Assembly (NCBI GenBank): GCA_002790655.1
Contig: PFVO01000042.1
Location: forward strand, 1-50,562
Direction: 5' to 3'
Source of the DNA: Candidatus Moranbacteria bacterium CG_4_9_14_3_um_filter_44_28
Lineage (GTDB): Bacteria > Patescibacteriota > Minisyncoccia > Moranbacterales > UBA11712
Length of the DNA: 50,562 nucleotides
The notes under the pieces were generated by a model. The model did not search any database. It saw nothing but the letters and a program-made list of their open reading frames with translations, and was not told the DNA's origin. Position numbers and translations under genes: made by a program. How positions within the stretch are numbered: the first letter of the stretch is position 1; every line of letters begins with the position of its first letter. Positions 27,591 through 36,069 of this stretch are shown piece by piece.

Positions 27591-28043
27591 ATGAAAGTTA
27601 TTTTACTGCAAGACGTTGAAAATCTGGGCAAGGAAGGAGAGGTTAAAGAAGTCGCTGATGGATTTGCGAGAAATTTTTTGCTTCCCAAGAAGCTGGCGGA
27701 GATCGCAACCGATGACGCAGTAAAAAAAGCTGAAAGCAAAAAACAAAAAAAGGCCGAGGAGGCGAAAACAGAACTCGAAGAAGTCCAAAAGCTGGCCGAA
27801 CAGCTGGAAGGGAGAGAATTATACATCAAGGTCAAAGAAGAAGACGGAAAACTTTTTGGCTCGATTAATGAAAAAACAATCGCAAAAACTTTCAAAGATG
27901 AGGGATTGAATATCAATCCGGAAAACGTGAAACTTGCCGAACCGATAAAGGAAATGGGCGAATACGACGCCCAAATCAATCTCGACCACGGACTGGAAGC
28001 AAATATTCGAATAATTCTTGTCAGTGAAAGCGAAGAGAAATAA
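27591..28043 (+). CDS. rplI: 50S ribosomal protein L9
   Basis: MKVILLQDVENLGKEGEVKEVADGFARNFLLPKKLA is the canonical L9 N-domain. 150 aa. Confidence 0.95.
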   Translation: MKVILLQDVENLGKEGEVKEVADGFARNFLLPKKLAEIATDDAVKKAESKKQKKAEEAKTELEEVQKLAEQLEGRELYIKVKEEDGKLFGSINEKTIAKTFKDEGLNINPENVKLAEPIKEMGEYDAQINLDHGLEANIRIILVSESEEK

Positions 28044-28070
28044 TTTTGTTTAGCATTTTAATAATTTTAG

Positions 28071-28101
28071 ATAGGGGTGAACTCATCACCCCTATTTTCT
28101 T
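28071..28101 (+). terminator. Rho-independent terminator after rplI, abutting the pyrG start
   Basis: ATAGGGGTGA-ACTCA-TCACCCCTAT (10-bp stem) followed by TTTTCTT. The pyrG ATG is at 28110. Confidence 0.7.
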
Positions 28102-28109
28102 AAAAAAAT

Positions 28110-29744
28110 ATGAAAAAGCCGAAATACATTTTTGTCGTAGGGGGAGTTATGAGCGGCGTTGGAAAAGGAACCACCACCGCGTCAATCGGAAATATTTTGC
28201 AATCCAAAGGGTATTGCGTGACAGCGATGAAAATTGATCCGTATCTGAACGTCGATGCCGGAACGATGAACCCGACCGAGCACGGCGAAGTTTTTGTGCT
28301 GGACGACGGAATGGAAACCGACCAGGATATGGGACACTATGAAAGATTTATGAATCTGACGCTTCCAAGCATCAGCTATATGACCAATGGAATGGTCTAT
28401 AAAACAATAATCGACCGTGAGCGTTCGATGGGCTATGGCGGCCGATGTGTTGACGTTGTTCCCGACGTTCCAAAGGAAATTATTCATCGAATCCAAAAAG
28501 CCCGTCAACATGCCAAAGCGGAAATTATGCTTGTTGAAATCGGCGGTACGCTTGGAGAGTATCAAGGTTTGCTTTTCCTTGAAGCCGGCAGAATGCTTCG
28601 CCTTGAAAATCGCGGGGATGTCCTTTTTGTCCTCGTAAGCTATCTTCCTGTCCCGCCAAAAATCGGAGAAATGAAGACAAAACCAACTCAATACGCGGTC
28701 CGGTCTCTGAACGCCGCTGGAATTCAGCCCGACGTTATCATTGCCCGGAGTGAACTTCCGCTAGACAAAAAGCGAAAGGAAAAAATCGCCGACCACTGCA
28801 ATTTACGCGAGGAAGACGTGATAAGCGCTCCTGATATTGAATCAGTCTATGAAGTGCCGGTAAATTTCGAAAAAGATAGAATCAGTGAAATTCTCCTTGA
28901 AAAACTCGGCCTCAAAGCAAAAAAGAAAGATATGAAAAAATGGCGCGCACTCGTAAAGAACATCAAACTTTCAAAAAAACCATTGCGAATTGGAATTGTC
29001 GGAAAATATTTTGGGACGGGAGATTTCGTTCTTTCGGACGCTTATATTTCCGTCATTGAGGCCATCAAACACGCCTGCTATTCATTCAAGCGAAAGCCGG
29101 CTATCAACTGGCTCAACAGCGAAGAATACGAAAAAAATCCGTCAAAACTAAAAGAACTTAAAAAATACGCCGGCATTATCGTCCCGGGCGGATTCGGGGA
29201 GCGGGGAGTGGAAGGAAAAATAAAGGCCATCAAATTCTGCCGCAAAAACAAAATTCCGTACTTTGGGCTATGTTACGGAATGCAGTTGATGGTTATTGAA
29301 TTTGCGCGAAATGTTTTGGGTATGAAAGGGGCAAACACAACTGAAATAAACCGGAACACAAAATATTCGGTCATCGACATTATGCCCGAGCAGAAAAAGA
29401 ATCTGGCTGACAAAAATTACGGAGCGACAATGCGGCTGGGAGCCTATCCCGCCATTTTGAAAAAAGGAACGATTGCGCACCAAGCTTATAAAAAACAAAC
29501 CATCTCCGAACGCCATCGCCACCGCTGGGAAGTAAATCCGGAATATATTGAAATTCTAGAGAAAAAGAGTCTGGTATTTTCCGGGAAATCTCCCGACGGC
29601 CGCCTTATGGAAATCGCCGAGCTTCCAAAAAAAACTCACCCGTTTTTTCTGGGAACCCAATTCCACCCGGAATTCAAATCCTCACCGCTCGTGCCACATC
29701 CATTGTTTCGGGAGTTTGTGAAAATAGCAATAAACAAAAAATAG
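28110..29744 (+). CDS. pyrG: CTP synthase
   Basis: KYIFVVGGVMSGVGKG, DPYLNVDAGTM, GLCYGMQ (GATase Cys) and FLGTQFHPEF. Confidence 0.96.
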   Translation: MKKPKYIFVVGGVMSGVGKGTTTASIGNILQSKGYCVTAMKIDPYLNVDAGTMNPTEHGEVFVLDDGMETDQDMGHYERFMNLTLPSISYMTNGMVYKTIIDRERSMGYGGRCVDVVPDVPKEIIHRIQKARQHAKAEIMLVEIGGTLGEYQGLLFLEAGRMLRLENRGDVLFVLVSYLPVPPKIGEMKTKPTQYAVRSLNAAGIQPDVIIARSELPLDKKRKEKIADHCNLREEDVISAPDIESVYEVPVNFEKDRISEILLEKLGLKAKKKDMKKWRALVKNIKLSKKPLRIGIVGKYFGTGDFVLSDAYISVIEAIKHACYSFKRKPAINWLNSEEYEKNPSKLKELKKYAGIIVPGGFGERGVEGKIKAIKFCRKNKIPYFGLCYGMQLMVIEFARNVLGMKGANTTEINRNTKYSVIDIMPEQKKNLADKNYGATMRLGAYPAILKKGTIAHQAYKKQTISERHRHRWEVNPEYIEILEKKSLVFSGKSPDGRLMEIAELPKKTHPFFLGTQFHPEFKSSPLVPHPLFREFVKIAINKK

Positions 29745-29768
29745 AAGCGTTGTTGCTTCTATTTTTAT
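29742..29768. terminator. Hairpin with flanking A/T runs between convergent pyrG and rpmA (bidirectional terminator candidate)
   Basis: AAAAAA-TAGAAGC-GTTGTT-GCTTCTA-TTTTTATT. 7-bp stem overlapping the pyrG stop codon. Confidence 0.55.
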
Positions 29769-29781
29769 TCTGTAAAAAATT

Positions 29782-30054
29782 TCATTCTACACTCACGAAT
29801 TGAGCGCGTTCAAGTTTCCCGGTGAATTTCCTGATTTTTCTCGCCGAAAATTTGACAATTCCATCCGCAATTGCAAAAAGAGTATCATCGCTCCCGCGTT
29901 TCACATTTTTTCCGGGACGGAATTTTGTTCCTCGTTGGCGGATGATTATATTTCCTGTCACAACTTTCTCACCGCCAAATTTCTTGACGCCAAGTCGCTT
30001 TGAAATCGAATCTCGTCCGAGTTGAGTGCTTCCTCCGGCTTTCCTGTGCGCCAT
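29782..30054 (-). CDS. rpmA: 50S ribosomal protein L27
   Basis: [16 protein letters not shown]...[18 protein letters not shown] is the canonical L27 sequence. 90 aa. Confidence 0.95.
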   Translation of the reverse strand: MAHRKAGGSTQLGRDSISKRLGVKKFGGEKVVTGNIIIRQRGTKFRPGKNVKRGSDDTLFAIADGIVKFSARKIRKFTGKLERAQFVSVE

Positions 30055-30130
30055 AAAATTAAATTAAATAGTAAAAAGAAAATAGCAAATATTTTTGAGG
30101 ACTATTGGATTTTATATTATAATATGGAAA

Positions 30131-30601
30131 ATGTCAACTTTCGAAGAGCTAAACCAAAATCAAATCCACAAAAAACCGACTCTTTCTCAAAAAATCAGTA
30201 AATTTTGGCTTGAATACGGGGACAAAATTATTCTTGCAATTGGTATTATTTTGATCGCGGAAATTTCATTTGAAGCCGGTTTTTTGCACGGGGAAAAGAA
30301 TAAAAAAGAGCCAATTGTAGTCAATCAACCGGCTTGCGCGCCTTGTCCAAAAGTTGAGGAAAATACTAATGCCAGTACAAACAATAATAATCCCCAGCAA
30401 AACAATCAAAGCAAAACCGAAACCCAACCGAATACTGAAAATCAAAAATGCGCCTTCGTTGCCAGTAAAAACTCAAACAAATATCACCTCCCGACCTGCC
30501 AGTGGGCCAACAAAATCAAACCGGAAAACAGAATTTGCTTTTCATCAAAAGAAGAAGCCGAGAGCAGGGGATACCAGCCGGCTAAATGTTGTATAAAGTA
30601 A
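30131..30601 (+). CDS. Membrane-anchored protein with C-terminal Ada-like metal-binding domain
   Basis: Start at the first ATG (the track start is a TTG). One TM, an N/Q-rich linker, and a C-terminal KYHLPTCQWANKI...FSSKEEAESRGYQPAKCC motif. Confidence 0.6.
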   Translation: MSTFEELNQNQIHKKPTLSQKISKFWLEYGDKIILAIGIILIAEISFEAGFLHGEKNKKEPIVVNQPACAPCPKVEENTNASTNNNNPQQNNQSKTETQPNTENQKCAFVASKNSNKYHLPTCQWANKIKPENRICFSSKEEAESRGYQPAKCCIK

Positions 30602-30612
30602 TTCCACAGAAC

Positions 30613-31110
30613 TTAACCCTCGAGCCTTTTTTGAAATAAATGCTCGCTTTTTTTATGTTTCCGATAGCGGACAATGAGAAGAACAAGCCCTGTGTAAACG
30701 AGAAGCGCAATCGCCCCGGCAACGATAAAGAAGCCAAGAATAATCGGCAGGGTACAATTAAAGAAAAAAACTTTTCCGATAAAAAATTTCCAGCCCAGAT
30801 GGCGGTTTGAATTGAAGCTACTCATCAGACTTTCATAATTGTTTCCGGTCAAAAACGCTCCGACAAAAACCGCGGCCGGCAAAACTACGAACGTAGCCCA
30901 CATATTGGTTGCTATCACACCGGCCGCCGCCGCCAGACGATTGAAACGAAGAAGAGTTGAAACGATCAGAGTCGTTGCCACGCCTTCACCCGGCGCAATG
31001 CCGAAAAATACTCCCAGCGCGGCGCCGGCCGCGATTTTGTGGGGCGTGTCATCAATAAGAAAAAATCTTTTCAGGAAATTCTTAATCTTATCTTTGGACC
31101 ATCTGTACAT
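30613..31110 (-). CDS. DUF2062-like small membrane protein
   Basis: 165 aa. N-terminal DTPHKIAAGAALGVFFGIAP motif and 3-4 TM helices. Confidence 0.55.
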   Translation of the reverse strand: MYRWSKDKIKNFLKRFFLIDDTPHKIAAGAALGVFFGIAPGEGVATTLIVSTLLRFNRLAAAAGVIATNMWATFVVLPAAVFVGAFLTGNNYESLMSSFNSNRHLGWKFFIGKVFFFNCTLPIILGFFIVAGAIALLVYTGLVLLIVRYRKHKKSEHLFQKRLEG

Positions 31111-31113
31111 GAC

Positions 31114-32235
31114 TTACGATTTTTTAACAACAAAACTTTTTGATTCTTTATCCACTTCTTTTGCTTTTTCAACTTTTTTTCGTGTCTCGAAAGGCAAAAT
31201 TCCGAGAATATTTTTGAGGGCAATGCCATCAACCTTGAGAACTTCCTCCCATTTGTCAAGCGGCTCAAGAATTGAGCGCAGTTTTTCTTTATCGTACTTA
31301 TACGTCTTCCGGAGAGCCCGCAAAATTCTTCCCTGATCCGAAAAAACCTGCTCAATCGCATTATCATCCATATATTTACTGATAATCTCCTGTATCTTCA
31401 TAGTCCGGTCTGATTTTGAACCAATCTCGCCCTTGAGATTGATATATTCATTAATATATTTTTTGATTTCGTCGTCTTTGATTTCCTGCTTCTTGAATTT
31501 GTGCTTCCACATCGGGCAGAGATTCTGATATCCGCACCAGTCGCAAAGCCCGGAAATTTGCGGTTCGAATTTTGACTGGTTTATCTGATTAATGAGGTCA
31601 AGCATTAGCTCTTCGCTTTTTTTCACTTGCTCCAATGTTCTTCGGGAGGATAATTTTACTCCGTGCTTTAGGTAATAAAGGCTCACTTTTATTTTATCAA
31701 GATTGTCAATCTCCTTCGGATAGCGTTCCAAAAACTCGTCGAGGTATATGGAAAGCTGAAGGTCATTGTCCACTTTTTCCTGACTAGGCAGTTTGCGGGT
31801 GGTTTTATAATCGATTATTTCGTATCCGTCTTCAGTTTTGTCGATTCGGTCGATAATTCCCGCGACAATATGTTTTTCGCCACCCCTTTCAATTTCAACC
31901 TGAAAGCGGGATTCCAAATCAATGATATTTATTCTCGCCGGATCATTTTTTTTGTAATAATCCTGAAGCATCGAAACGCCTTGCGCGAAGGCCGCCCGTT
32001 CCTCGGTCTCATCGGAAAAAACCTCCGCGTTCCAATTTTTGGAATAAAAATCAAGCGCCTGTTCGAGAGTGGGGGAAAGAATTCCGGGAGTATGCACCAG
32101 CTTCAACGTACTGTGAAGAAGCGTCCCGAAAAACTGCTCCTTGGATTTGGGAACTTTTATCCGGTCGATTTCCTGATATTTGTACTTTCGCGGACAGGTG
32201 CGAAAGGTATCCAGAGCGGAATAAGAAGTATTCAT
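31114..32235 (-). CDS. PD-(D/E)XK nuclease family protein with Cas4/AddB-type Fe-S cysteines
   Basis: Start set at the ATG (MNTSYSALDTFRTCPRKYKYQ); the track start at 32274 is a TTG. GIIDRID..YEIIDYKT (D..D/ExK) motif. C-terminal CDWCGYQNLCP plus the N-terminal Cys form the 4-Cys pattern. Confidence 0.75.
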   Translation of the reverse strand: MNTSYSALDTFRTCPRKYKYQEIDRIKVPKSKEQFFGTLLHSTLKLVHTPGILSPTLEQALDFYSKNWNAEVFSDETEERAAFAQGVSMLQDYYKKNDPARINIIDLESRFQVEIERGGEKHIVAGIIDRIDKTEDGYEIIDYKTTRKLPSQEKVDNDLQLSIYLDEFLERYPKEIDNLDKIKVSLYYLKHGVKLSSRRTLEQVKKSEELMLDLINQINQSKFEPQISGLCDWCGYQNLCPMWKHKFKKQEIKDDEIKKYINEYINLKGEIGSKSDRTMKIQEIISKYMDDNAIEQVFSDQGRILRALRKTYKYDKEKLRSILEPLDKWEEVLKVDGIALKNILGILPFETRKKVEKAKEVDKESKSFVVKKS

Positions 32236-32279
32236 ACTAGTACGAATTTTACCCGCCTTTCTTTTTTCCCGCAAGTTTA

Positions 32280-32312
32280 CCCCGACACCGGATAAGGAAT
32301 TCGGTGTCGGGG
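32280..32312. repeat. Intergenic GC-rich hairpin CCCCGACACCG-11 nt-CGGTGTCGGGG
   Basis: Perfect 11-bp arms. The left flank plus arm (GTTTACCCCGACACC) is near-identical to the left end of the intragenic element at 38921-38935 (GTTTACCCCGCACC). Confidence 0.8.
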
Positions 32313-32381
32313 CGGGTTGAAATAAAAAAAGAAAGGTGATAGAATGAAAACAACTGAAATTTAATCATTAATCCAACCGCT

Positions 32382-32639
32382 ATGACGGAGCAGGAAGTCG
32401 GAAAAGTAATCCACTACTACAACAAGGCGATGGTGGCGGTAGTGAGGCTTTCCGGAAATCTCAAGACGGGAGACGCGATAAAAATCGCAAAAGGCGAAGA
32501 CGAATTCGAGATGAAAATCGCCTCAATGCAGGTCAACCACGAGTCGGTCGAGAGCGGCAAGGCAGGTGATGAAGTGGCGATTAAGGTTGATAGCCCGACC
32601 AAAGAAGGAGCGGCAGTCAGCCTTGTAACAGCGGAGTAG
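32382..32639 (+). CDS. Small EF-Tu-domain-2-like beta-barrel protein (translation elongation factor-like)
   Basis: 85 aa. GKVIHYYNKAMVAVVRLSG.LKTGD.I.I.....EF...I.SMQVNHESVESGKAGDEVAIKV resembles the GTP_EFTU_D2 barrel. Confidence 0.5.
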   Translation: MTEQEVGKVIHYYNKAMVAVVRLSGNLKTGDAIKIAKGEDEFEMKIASMQVNHESVESGKAGDEVAIKVDSPTKEGAAVSLVTAE

Positions 32640-32761
32640 CTGGAAAAAAAACTTGAACTTTAACTCACTCGGAACACGAGATGGGTTGGTGTTGTCTTGC
32701 AGATGTCTAGCCCTGCAAAAATTTCTGCAATAAATTGTTTATGAATAGAGTAATATAATAA

Positions 32762-33973
32762 ATGCATATGAAAAAGAAAAGGATTTATCTGGATTATGCT
32801 TCAACCACCCCGCTTGACCCGCGGGTTTTTGCCACGATGAAACCTTATTTTCAGGAAAAATTCGGCAACCCGATGTCGCTTCACTCATTCGGACAAGAGG
32901 CGAGCAAGGCAGTGGAAAAAGCGCGAAAATATGCGGCTGATTTTTTTGGATGCGAGCCCAGTGAAATAATTTTCACTTCCGGAGCAACGGAAAGCAACAA
33001 CCTTGTTATCAAAGGAGTGACTATCGGCTATGCGTCGCAACTCAAAAAAAATAAAAAAAATAAGCTAAAGCCGCATATTATTACTACCCAATTTGAACAT
33101 TCCTGCGTCTTGAGCGCCTGCAAGAAACTTGAGGAGCAGGGGATGGCGGAAATTACTTACTTGCCCGTAGAGAAAGAAGGAGTCGTTAATATAAAAGAGG
33201 CACAAAGAGCCATAAAAAAGAATACTATCCTGGTTTCCATAATGTACGTCAACAATGAAATCGGAACTATTCAGCCGATCAAAGAGATTGGAAAATTAAT
33301 CACCAAAATCAACGAAAACCGTGGAACAAAAATTATTTTCCACACCGATGCAGTGCAGGCAATCAACTATCTTGATTGCAAAGTTGACAATCTCGGTACA
33401 GACCTCCTCACTGCATCCGCTCACAAGATTTACGGCCCGAAAGGCGTCGGATGTCTCTATATTCGCAAAAATACGCCGATCCGGCGAATCCAAGACGGCG
33501 GGGGACATGAATTTGGCCTGCGTTCCGGTACCCACAACGTCCCCGGAATCGTCGGTTTAGGAATGGCGCTCGAACTTGCCGACAAAGAAAGAAAGAAAAA
33601 TTATAAAATTGTCGAGAAACTGCGCGATCATCTGATTTCACGGATTATGAAGGAAATCAAGGGGGTGAAACTCAACGGATCAAAAATAAAACGAATTCCC
33701 AACAATGCCAACTTTATTTTTAAGGATGCAGAAGGCGAGGGACTATTGCTGGGACTGGATATGAAGGGTATTGCCGTTTCTACCGGAAGTGCCTGCTCGG
33801 CCGGCGACCTTCGTCCATCACATGTTCTTTTGGCAATCGGTCTTTCCGAAGAAGAAAGTCACGGGAGCCTTCGCGTAACACTTGGGAAGTACACAACAAA
33901 GCAGGAAGTTGATTATTTTATCAATGCGCTAAAAGAAGTTGTTAATCGATTAAGAAAGATAGCAGGAAAATGA
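32762..33973 (+). CDS. Cysteine desulfurase (NifS/IscS class)
   Basis: IYLDYASTTP, TSGATESNN, HTDAVQA, SAHKIYGPKGVG (PLP Lys) and STGSACSAG (catalytic Cys loop). Confidence 0.92.
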   Translation: MHMKKKRIYLDYASTTPLDPRVFATMKPYFQEKFGNPMSLHSFGQEASKAVEKARKYAADFFGCEPSEIIFTSGATESNNLVIKGVTIGYASQLKKNKKNKLKPHIITTQFEHSCVLSACKKLEEQGMAEITYLPVEKEGVVNIKEAQRAIKKNTILVSIMYVNNEIGTIQPIKEIGKLITKINENRGTKIIFHTDAVQAINYLDCKVDNLGTDLLTASAHKIYGPKGVGCLYIRKNTPIRRIQDGGGHEFGLRSGTHNVPGIVGLGMALELADKERKKNYKIVEKLRDHLISRIMKEIKGVKLNGSKIKRIPNNANFIFKDAEGEGLLLGLDMKGIAVSTGSACSAGDLRPSHVLLAIGLSEEESHGSLRVTLGKYTTKQEVDYFINALKEVVNRLRKIAGK

Positions 33974-34026
33974 TTCCGCTTCAGCGGAATCATCCCGAGC
34001 GAGCGTAGTGAGCCGAGGGATCCCCT
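33972..34026. repeat. Composite GC-rich repeat in the nifS-iscU spacer, related to the left end of the element at 22012
   Basis: Hairpin GATTCCGC-TTCA-GCGGAATC is followed by CATCCCGAGCGA-GCGTAGTG-AGCCGAGGGATC. The two outer blocks match 22014-22037 exactly, apart from an 8-nt insertion. Confidence 0.7.
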
Positions 34027-34055
34027 CAAATTACCAAACGGCCAAACTAAACATT

Positions 34056-34520
34056 ATGAACTATTCAAAACTCGTCCTCCAGCATTTCATGCACCCCAAA
34101 AACCAAGGCCGGCTCAAAAATCCGGACGGGGTTGGTATGGTTGGCAATCCGGCTTGCGGTGATATTATGACGGTTTATATCAAAGTAAAAAAAATCAAAG
34201 GCAAACCCCAAAGCAGAACAAGTTCGCTACGGGGCGAGGAAATTATTTCCGACATCAAATTTGAAACTTTGGGCTGCGCCGCGGCGATCGCAACCTCATC
34301 TATGGTCACTGAAATGGCCAAAGGCAAAAATTTGAACGACGCAGCCAAAATCACGCGCCAGGACGTCGCTAGCGGCCTTGAGGGCCTTCCGCCGGCCAAA
34401 ATGCACTGCTCAAACCTCGCCGAAGAAGCCCTGAAACGGGCAATTGAGGATTATAGGCCTAAATCACTAGGGAAGACGAAAACTCGGAAATCAACCGGGA
34501 ATAGAAAAAGGGGGAAATAA
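34056..34520 (+). CDS. Fe-S cluster scaffold protein (IscU/NifU N-terminal type)
   Basis: Start set at MNYSKLVLQHFMHPKNQG; the track GTG start lies inside the repeat. Three cluster cysteines (GNPACGD, LGCAAAIATSS, HCSNLA). Basic C-terminal tail. Confidence 0.88.
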   Translation: MNYSKLVLQHFMHPKNQGRLKNPDGVGMVGNPACGDIMTVYIKVKKIKGKPQSRTSSLRGEEIISDIKFETLGCAAAIATSSMVTEMAKGKNLNDAAKITRQDVASGLEGLPPAKMHCSNLAEEALKRAIEDYRPKSLGKTKTRKSTGNRKRGK

Positions 34521-34547
34521 TTTTTTTCTTCATATTTATTTATAAAT

Positions 34548-34585
34548 AAAACCTCCGCTGAAAAAGAGTAGGGCGGAGGTTTTTG
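34548..34585 (+). terminator. Rho-independent terminator after iscU
   Basis: AAA-ACCTCCGC-14 nt loop-GCGGAGGT-TTTT. Confidence 0.65.
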
Positions 34586-34735
34586 GTTGCAGAAAAATAA
34601 TTTTTATTCTTATCTTGTTTTTCAAAAATTCAGAGGGAAAGAAGAGGCTAGGATATGGATATAGTGTCGTACAATGTAGCTTGGACGACATTTCTTATTG
34701 TCCAAGCTAATTATTAAACTACCGTTTGCCGTTTA

Positions 34736-36058
34736 TTAATGGTAAACAATCATCTGGTCAACCACTACACCGCTTCCGTATAAAGCGCCCACGTAGGCTT
34801 TCGTCGAGCTCAAGAAAATATTAGCTCCCCAATAAGGATCGTGGACGACGTATTCCCCGTTTTTATCTTTTGAGTGAATGATCACGTAATGGCCCGCTCC
34901 CCTCTTCACAGCTTTCACAAAAACAATAACCGGATTTTTATTTTTCAACTCCTTGTCAACTGTATCCCAGTCAATATTTCCATGTCCCGTGGAAGACGCA
35001 AGCTCCACTCCTTTCCACGATTTCGGCCAAACGATAAGATCATGATAAAAAACCGGCTGCTGGGCAAGAACGCCGGGATTGATATCAACCCCGTGATAGC
35101 GAAAAACCATCGAGACCGCCGTCACCGCGCAACCATAGCTTTTCATAAGCGTGTTTGAAAAGCCAATATGCTGATCGCCCCAGCGCGGATCACGCTGGGA
35201 AAAATACCAGCTTGTTGAAGCCAGCCCCGATTTGGGTTTTTTAAGTGTTGCTTCCACTGCCGCGAGATCCGCGCTTTTTTCCTGACTCAATTCGGAAATA
35301 TCCCCAAGAAGTTCCTGTTTCTGCTCTTCCACCCGGGCCAGCATCTCCTGATACTTCTGCTCTTCCCCTCGCGTCTCGGTCAAAAGAGTTTCTTTGGATC
35401 CTTGCTCGTTGTCAAGGTAGTGCTTTTTCTCACCAATCTGACCCTGTTTTTCCTTGAGCTCATTGTTTTTGTCCTCGAGTTTTCTTTTGCTATCAGCCAA
35501 TTCATCCCGGGCGCTTATCACTGACGTCAAAACCTCGTCAACTTTAGCTCCCGTTTGAGCTACATAATCCGGCTGGCTCAAATAGCTGGAAAGGCTAACG
35601 TCGCGAAGCATTAATTCCATCAAAGAATCCCGATTATTTTCGTAATATGCCTGAAGCACGCTTCCCAGCAGTTCTTTTTTGTAATCAATTTCCTTTTCTT
35701 TTTCTCCGATTTGCTTGACCAAACTATCTATATCATTTGTTGTCGCGTCAATCTGCACTTGAAGCTTGGCGATATCATTTTCCAGGCTGGCAATTTGCCC
35801 CTCCATAAGTTCAATTTGATTTTGAAGCGTCTGGGCTTTGCTTTGCTTCATTTCAATCATCTGGCGATAGCTTTCCGCTTTTTTCTGAAGGTCCTCAATT
35901 TGCTCCTGTTTATTCTGAATTTGCTGCTGATTGCTGTTATCGGTCGTACTTTGAGCAATAACGCAGCTAAATAAAAAAGAAAAAATCAAAAAAGTTATCG
36001 CAAAGCGATTCCATATATTTGATATTTGATATTTGATATTTGATATTAACTCGAACAT
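34736..36058 (-). CDS. Secreted coiled-coil protein with C-terminal C39-like cysteine peptidase domain (putative cell-wall hydrolase)
   Basis: Signal/anchor FAITFLIFSFLFSCVIAQS. About 250 aa of heptad-rich Q/E/K coiled coil. C-terminus WYFSQRDPRW...SYGCAVTAVSMVF...GAGHYVIIHS...VHDP matches the Peptidase_C39_2 layout. Confidence 0.7.
   Translation of the reverse strand: MFELISNIKYQISNIWNRFAITFLIFSFLFSCVIAQSTTDNSNQQQIQNKQEQIEDLQKKAESYRQMIEMKQSKAQTLQNQIELMEGQIASLENDIAKLQVQIDATTNDIDSLVKQIGEKEKEIDYKKELLGSVLQAYYENNRDSLMELMLRDVSLSSYLSQPDYVAQTGAKVDEVLTSVISARDELADSKRKLEDKNNELKEKQGQIGEKKHYLDNEQGSKETLLTETRGEEQKYQEMLARVEEQKQELLGDISELSQEKSADLAAVEATLKKPKSGLASTSWYFSQRDPRWGDQHIGFSNTLMKSYGCAVTAVSMVFRYHGVDINPGVLAQQPVFYHDLIVWPKSWKGVELASSTGHGNIDWDTVDKELKNKNPVIVFVKAVKRGAGHYVIIHSKDKNGEYVVHDPYWGANIFLSSTKAYVGALYGSGVVVDQMIVYH
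36015..36047. repeat. Tandem heptanucleotide repeat (ATATTTG x4.7) within codons 4-15 of the hydrolase gene
   Basis: Read directly: ATATTTG at 36015, 36022, 36029 and 36036, plus a partial unit to 36047. Encodes ..ISNIKYQISNI.. on the minus strand. Confidence 0.9.
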
Positions 36059-36069
36059 TTTCAGAACAA

